Source of the DNA: Thermodesulfobacteriota bacterium
GTDB taxonomy: Bacteria > Desulfobacterota_D > UBA1144
DNA: 12,896 nt
NCBI GenBank assembly: GCA_029246845.1
Contig: JAQWMJ010000042.1
Location: forward strand, 1 to 12,896
Direction: 5' to 3'
Translations under genes and position numbers: made by a program
The notes under the pieces: generated by a model
Database searches by the model: none
Seen by the model: the letters and a program-made list of their open reading frames with translations, nothing else
What the model was told of the DNA's origin: nothing
Shown here: positions 9,016 to 12,896 of the stretch, piece by piece
Layout: every line of letters starts with the position of its first letter
Position numbering within the stretch: the stretch's first letter is position 1

Positions 9016-10551
9016 ATGAAGAAAATTTATATCACAACACCGATTTATTATGTAAACGACAAGCCCCACGTAGGACATGCCTATACAAGTATAGCGTGCG
9101 ATTGTCTTTCTAGGTTTTATAGAATGATGGGAGTCGAAGTTTTTTTCTTAACTGGGACAGATGAGCACGGATTGAAAATTCAGCAGACAGCGGAAAGAAA
9201 GAATATAAATATACAAACCTTTGTTGATGATGTGAGTACGAATTTTCAAAATCTTTCAAAAAGTTTAATGCTAACAAACAACTCATTTATCAGGACCACT
9301 TCAGACGAGCATAAAAAAGCTGCAAGCTTTTTTTGGAGTACTTTAGTTGATAAGAAGCAGATATATTTGGATAAATACGCAGGTTGGTATTCAGTTCGAG
9401 ACGAAGCCTACTATCAAGAAGATGAAGTCATAGATGGAAAAGCTCCAAGTGGATCTGATGTAGAATGGGTTGAAGAACCAAGCTATTTCTTTAAACTTTC
9501 TGATTGGCAAGAGCCATTGCTCGACTTTTACAATGCGAACCCTAATTTCATTAAACCTCTTTCAAGATACAATGAAGTTCTTAGGTTCGTTGAGTCAGGT
9601 ATACGGGATCTCTCAGTATCAAGGACAAGTTTTACTTGGGGTATAAAAGTTCCAGGTGATGACAAGCATGTAATGTATGTATGGTTGGATGCTCTAGTAA
9701 ATTATTTAAGTGCCATAGGTTATCCCAACACTAAAAGTGAAAATTTTAAACAATTCTGGCCTGCAGATTTCCATATTGTTGGTAAAGATATTTTGCGTTT
9801 TCATGGAGTATATTGGCCAGCTTTTTTGATGGCTGCAGATTTACCACTTCCAAAAACCTTAGTTGCACACGGTTGGTGGACAGTTGAAAAAGAAAAAATG
9901 TCAAAATCACTTGGAAATGTTGTTGATCCAAATGATGTAATAGATGAATTTGGACTTGATCAATTTAGGTATTTTTTACTAAGAGAAGTACCTTTTGGTA
10001 ATGATGGGGATTTTTCTAGAGATTCTTTAATTTCGAGGATCAATTCAGATTTGGCTAATAATTTCGGAAATTTAGTTAATAGAGTTTTTTCTATGGTTTT
10101 GAAAAACTTTGATGGTAAAGTCCCAGGATATTTTGACATCTCAGAAGATGAAACAATCTTGAGAGAAAAAATATTTGAAATAACCAAAGTGTATAAAACT
10201 CATATTACTTCAATTGAATTCAGCAAAGGAATTTCATCGGTAATAGAAATTGTTTCTTTGGTAAACAAGTATATTGATACTCAGGAACCATGGGCCTTAG
10301 CCAAGAATAATAAGAATGATAGACTGTCTACTGTTCTCAGAACTAGTCTTGAATCTATTCGGATAATATCATTCTTAATCAATCCAGTCTGCCCACAAGC
10401 TTCTTTGAAGATTTTGGAATCTTTAGGTCTAGAGGAAAGTATGCTCAATCTTGATGAATCTATATTGAACAATTTTGAATCCTTAAAAGAAGATTTAGTG
10501 ATTAATAAGATTGATTTATTGTTTCCTAAAATTGACAAAAAAATAAGGTAA
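9016..10551 (+). CDS. metG: Methionine--tRNA ligase (short form, no C-terminal dimerisation domain)
   Basis: YITTPIYYVN..PHVGHAY (HIGH), GTDEHG, YVWLDAL, GKDILRFH, KMSKSLGN. Confidence 0.98.
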   Translation: MKKIYITTPIYYVNDKPHVGHAYTSIACDCLSRFYRMMGVEVFFLTGTDEHGLKIQQTAERKNINIQTFVDDVSTNFQNLSKSLMLTNNSFIRTTSDEHKKAASFFWSTLVDKKQIYLDKYAGWYSVRDEAYYQEDEVIDGKAPSGSDVEWVEEPSYFFKLSDWQEPLLDFYNANPNFIKPLSRYNEVLRFVESGIRDLSVSRTSFTWGIKVPGDDKHVMYVWLDALVNYLSAIGYPNTKSENFKQFWPADFHIVGKDILRFHGVYWPAFLMAADLPLPKTLVAHGWWTVEKEKMSKSLGNVVDPNDVIDEFGLDQFRYFLLREVPFGNDGDFSRDSLISRINSDLANNFGNLVNRVFSMVLKNFDGKVPGYFDISEDETILREKIFEITKVYKTHITSIEFSKGISSVIEIVSLVNKYIDTQEPWALAKNNKNDRLSTVLRTSLESIRIISFLINPVCPQASLKILESLGLEESMLNLDESILNNFESLKEDLVINKIDLLFPKIDKKIR

Positions 10552-10569
10552 CTTATATTTTTTTAGACA

Positions 10570-12111
10570 ATGAGTAATTTGATAAAAATATTTGATACAA
10601 CATTAAGGGATGGTGAACAAGCCCCTGGATGTAGTATGAATGAAAATGAAAAACTTAAAGTTGCCCTAAACCTAGAAAAGCTAGGTGTTAATATTATTGA
10701 AGCAGGATTTCCAATTGCATCTGAAGGTGACTTTAACTCTGTTAAAATAATTGCTAAAGAAATCAAGGACTGTGAAGTTGCAGGCCTTTCCAGGGCAAAT
10801 TTGAAAGACATAGATAGGGCATGGGAAGCTGTTAAGGGTGCTGCAAACCCAAGAATTCATACTTTTATAGCAACCTCTGATATTCATTTGAAGTATAAGT
10901 TAAAAAAAACAAAGGATGAAGTTCTTGATATTATTAAGTCTTCCGTCTCTCACTCAGCTAAATATACTGGCAATGTTGAGTTCTCATGTGAGGATGCTAC
11001 GAGAACAGAGTTAGATTTTCTATATAAATCTATTCAGGTTGCCATAAATGCAGGTGCCACAACAATAAACATCCCCGATACTGTAGGTTACAGTGTTCCG
11101 TCTGAGTTTGGGTCTATCATTCGTAATCTACATGAAAATGTAGATGGGATTTCTGGTGTAACTATAAGTGTACATTGTCATAATGATTTGGGACTTGCAG
11201 TTGCCAACTCTTTAGCTGCCGTTCATGAAGGAGCGAGGCAGGTTGAGTGCACTATTAATGGTCTAGGTGAGAGAGCAGGAAATGCTTCCTTAGAAGAGCT
11301 TGTTATGGCCTTAAAAGTTCGAAATGACTTGAATCCATTTACTACCAGGTTGGATACTACGCAAATTTACCCTTGTAGTAAACTTGTTAGTAGTGTTACA
11401 GGTGTGTCAGTCCAACCAAATAAGGCAATTGTTGGAGCCAATGCTTTTGCTCACGAAGCAGGAATTCATCAGGATGGTGTACTAAAAGAGAGTATGACTT
11501 ACGAAATTATGGACCCGGCAGAAGTAGGGATACCTTCAAATCATATTGTTCTAGGAAAACACTCCGGGAGACATGCTTTCAAAGACAGGCTTAATCAGTT
11601 TGGTTATGATCTGAGTGATGAAAACTTTGAGATTGCTTTTATAAAATTTAAAGAATTATGCGATAAAAAGAAATATGTATTTGACGAGGATATTTTTTCA
11701 TTAATAAATGAGGAATTTATGAGGATGTCAGACTTTTACCAATTACAAACTATAAGATGCTCTTCTGGGTCAGAGATAAAACCTTCGGCCAAGATAGTCA
11801 TGAGCATTGACCGTAAAACGATAAGTGTGGAAGAGTCAGGTGATGGACCCATGGATTCAGTATTTAAAGCCATATCTAAGGCAGCAAAAATAACACCGGT
11901 TCTGGACTCTTACTCGGTTGCTTCTGTAACAGAGGGAATGGATGCTCAGGCCGAAGTTTCTGTTTCTATCAAGCATGACGATTTTTTTGCTCGAGGCAAG
12001 GGAGTAAGTACTGATGTAATAATAGCTAGCGCTAAAGCTTTTATTAATGCTCTTAATAATCTTAGATGGCGAAAAAATCACCCAAAAGTGGCCTCAGCCA
12101 AAGGAATCTAG
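10570..12111 (+). CDS. leuA: 2-isopropylmalate synthase
   Basis: FDTTLRDGEQAPG, EAGFP, HCHNDLGLAVANS, GERAGNA, HEAGIHQDG, LGKHSGR and a C-terminal regulatory domain (GDGPMD..., TDVIIASAKA). Confidence 0.98.
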   Translation: MSNLIKIFDTTLRDGEQAPGCSMNENEKLKVALNLEKLGVNIIEAGFPIASEGDFNSVKIIAKEIKDCEVAGLSRANLKDIDRAWEAVKGAANPRIHTFIATSDIHLKYKLKKTKDEVLDIIKSSVSHSAKYTGNVEFSCEDATRTELDFLYKSIQVAINAGATTINIPDTVGYSVPSEFGSIIRNLHENVDGISGVTISVHCHNDLGLAVANSLAAVHEGARQVECTINGLGERAGNASLEELVMALKVRNDLNPFTTRLDTTQIYPCSKLVSSVTGVSVQPNKAIVGANAFAHEAGIHQDGVLKESMTYEIMDPAEVGIPSNHIVLGKHSGRHAFKDRLNQFGYDLSDENFEIAFIKFKELCDKKKYVFDEDIFSLINEEFMRMSDFYQLQTIRCSSGSEIKPSAKIVMSIDRKTISVEESGDGPMDSVFKAISKAAKITPVLDSYSVASVTEGMDAQAEVSVSIKHDDFFARGKGVSTDVIIASAKAFINALNNLRWRKNHPKVASAKGI

Positions 12112-12128
12112 ATTTTTTAAAAAAACAG

Positions 12129-12158
12129 TTGATTTTAAAAACCTAACTATGCTAGAAT
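12129..12158 (+). promoter_or_regulatory. Sigma70-type promoter downstream of leuA
   Basis: TTGATT (12129-12134), 18-nt spacer, TAGAAT (12153-12158) preceded by the extended TGn. Predicted start about 12164-12165. Confidence 0.55.
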
Positions 12159-12164
12159 TGTAGA

Positions 12165-12230
12165 AGCGTAGGTAGGATGGTAACATCCCCGTAACCCTGA
12201 GAGGTACTTTAGCGGTACCTCTTTTTTTTT
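12165..12230 (+). ncRNA. Candidate ~65-nt small RNA of unknown family
   Basis: GC-richer stretch between a promoter and an intrinsic terminator. Contains a GGATG-GTAA-CATCC hairpin with a GNRA tetraloop (12175-12188). No credible CDS. Confidence 0.45.
12199..12230 (+). terminator. Intrinsic terminator (for the leuA transcript and/or the candidate sRNA)
   Basis: Stem AGAGGTAC (12200-12207) / GTACCTCT (12215-12222), loop TTTAGCG, T-run to 12230. Confidence 0.88.
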
Positions 12231-12477
12231 ATAATTCAACGTTTTTACCGCATTTTTCGCATTGGATCTCTTCTTTGTTATATTCAATCCAAATATCACC
12301 CTCAGATATTACATTTTCCTTGTAAAACTTATATTTCTCTTCCTTTACTCTTTTTGAATACTCCAGTTGCCAGTCATGATTCTGAATGTCTTCTTTGAAA
12401 TAAAGCTCCCTGGGAATGCTGACATAAATTTTCTTTTTAGGATTACAAGCACAACTTGTTATGACGATTGGAGACAT
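12229..12477 (-). CDS. Small hypothetical protein, putative Zn-binding (CxC...CxxC)
   Basis: 82-aa soluble ORF with CAC near the N-terminus and CEKCG near the C-terminus. Has its own well-spaced promoter, and its stop abuts the terminator. Confidence 0.7.
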   Translation of the reverse strand: MSPIVITSCACNPKKKIYVSIPRELYFKEDIQNHDWQLEYSKRVKEEKYKFYKENVISEGDIWIEYNKEEIQCEKCGKNVEL

Positions 12478-12483
12478 TGAATG

Positions 12484-12512
12484 ATATTAATATAGAAATT
12501 TCTTATATCCAA
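12484..12512 (-). promoter_or_regulatory. Sigma70-type promoter of the leaderless 82-aa gene
   Basis: Minus strand: TTGGAT (12512-12507), N17, TAATAT (12489-12484), N6, ATG (12477). Confidence 0.55.
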
Positions 12513-12559
12513 ATTAATTTAATTTTTTTTATTTTTAATCAAATATACTTGGATATAAG
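12502..12559. repeat. 11-bp perfect inverted repeat with 36-nt spacer
   Basis: CTTATATCCAA (12502-12512) and TTGGATATAAG (12549-12559). Confidence 0.7.
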
Positions 12560-12598
12560 TCTTTTTTCTCTTAAAAAGACAACTAAAAGCAAAAAATA

Positions 12599-12627
12599 TT
12601 GCTTTTTTTTCTTTCAATTGCTATATT
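12599..12627 (+). promoter_or_regulatory. Sigma70-type promoter with no downstream + strand CDS
   Basis: TTGCTT (12599-12604), N17, TATATT (12622-12627) with the extended TGn (12619-12621). Predicted start about 12633-12634. Confidence 0.6.
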
Positions 12628-12630
12628 GGG

Positions 12631-12710
12631 AGAGGGTGGAACCTATAACTTGAGTTTAGCGACAAGAGTGACTTTAAATTCCACCCTCTTGTGTCTTTCG
12701 GCAAATTTCA
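12631..12710 (+). ncRNA. Candidate structured small RNA of unknown family (3' end uncertain)
   Basis: 11-bp perfect stem AGAGGGTGGAA (12631-12641) / TTCCACCCTCT (12679-12689), inner stem CTTG/CAAG around AGTTTAGCGA, and a second small hairpin TGTC-TTTC-GGCA (12692-12703). Starts at the predicted TSS. Confidence 0.45.
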
Positions 12711-12712
12711 GT

Positions 12713-12745
12713 AAAAAAGCCCAGCTAGGCAAAGCCTAACCGGGC
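12713..12745 (-). terminator. Intrinsic terminator of the - strand gene entering from the right
   Basis: Minus strand GCCCGGTTAGGC-TTT-GCCTAGCTGGGC-TTTTTT. The 12-bp stem is complete only on - (two G-U pairs) and begins 14 nt after the TAA. Confidence 0.85.
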
Positions 12746-12759
12746 AGAATCTTACAGTC

Positions 12760-12896
12760 TTAAGCACCAGGATAGTAAGGTGTTAAGAATCTGTGTCTCA
12801 TTGTATATTTGTAAGGAGTTGAGAACAGAAGATGTTTTGCAACATCGTCATCATTTCTTTCAACTCTTTTCTCCCATACAATAGATGCTGGTGGAA
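12760..12896 (-). CDS. C-terminal fragment of an unidentified protein (continues beyond the window)
   Basis: Frame is open from the edge (...PPASIVWEKRVERNDDDVAKHLLFSTPYKYTMRHRFLTPYYPGA*) and is followed directly by a terminator. Not in the ORF track. Confidence 0.6.
   Translation of the reverse strand, partial: PPASIVWEKRVERNDDDVAKHLLFSTPYKYTMRHRFLTPYYPGA

Noticed and set aside
10552..10569. Leucine attenuator or T-box upstream of leuA
   Set aside because: Only 18 nt separate metG and leuA, with no leader peptide or hairpin.
1362..12081. Short overlapping ORFs in the track (1362-1625, 2371-2559, 3221-3451, 5409-5648, 6273-6470, 6407-6607, 9746-9931, 9960-10187, 10281-10538, 10563-10811, 10681-10887, 11857-12081)
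   Set aside because: All are antisense to well-supported genes and have no recognisable motifs.
12177..12194. Micro-ORF MVTSP* as an attenuator leader peptide
   Set aside because: No properly spaced SD, no regulatory codon run, and it lies downstream of leuA with no + gene after it.
12165..12203. TPP-riboswitch-like words (AGCGTAGG, CCTGA, CTGAGA)
   Set aside because: The order is reversed relative to the aptamer, P2/P3/P5 are absent, and no gene lies downstream to regulate.
12468..12653. 61-aa + strand ORF in the track
   Set aside because: Low-complexity F/I/K-rich translation of AT-rich promoter DNA, with no SD.
12738..12770. Loose SAM-V riboswitch resemblance (CCGGGCAG...CTTAAGCAC)
   Set aside because: No pseudoknot pairing partners or downstream SD and gene; the bases are explained by the - strand stop codon and terminator.
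12813..12870. Long hairpin GAGTTGA...GATGTT-TTGC-AACATC...TCAACTC with an SD-like AAGGAG
   Set aside because: Lies inside the probable - strand CDS. The + ORF after it (MFCNIV...) has poor SD spacing and looks like an antisense shadow.
12850..12896. Permuted (two-piece) tmRNA or tRNA-Ala end: minus strand TTCCACCA followed 13 nt later by GGGA, which would give a G3-U70 acceptor stem
   Set aside because: Only 8 nt are visible at the edge, there is no tmRNA-like GAnTCGAC D-loop motif and no ANDxx..AA tag. An open coding frame plus terminator explains the region more simply. ARAGORN on the extended sequence would settle it.

Overview
AT-rich, tightly packed bacterial chromosomal region, mostly housekeeping genes. 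Order: pheT (5'-truncated by the window), ihfA, a DUF502 membrane protein and tilS on +; a convergent amgK-like kinase and tRNA m6A37-type methyltransferase pair on -; then a + run of a tandem CMD/AhpD-like protein, RluB-type pseudouridine synthase, tmk, holB, short metG and leuA. The tilS frame is broken by one in-frame TAA at 3471-3473, although both halves lie in one continuous frame. The last ~800 bp are the least explained part. They hold two sigma70-promoter-driven, hairpin-rich, apparently non-coding + transcripts that share the loop heptamer TTTAGCG and flank a probably leaderless 82-aa CxC/CxxC protein on -. They also hold several inverted repeats over the promoters, and the 3' end plus terminator of a - strand gene entering from the right edge. 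No mobile element, CRISPR array, rRNA or tRNA is supported. All product calls come from motif recognition by eye, not database searches.
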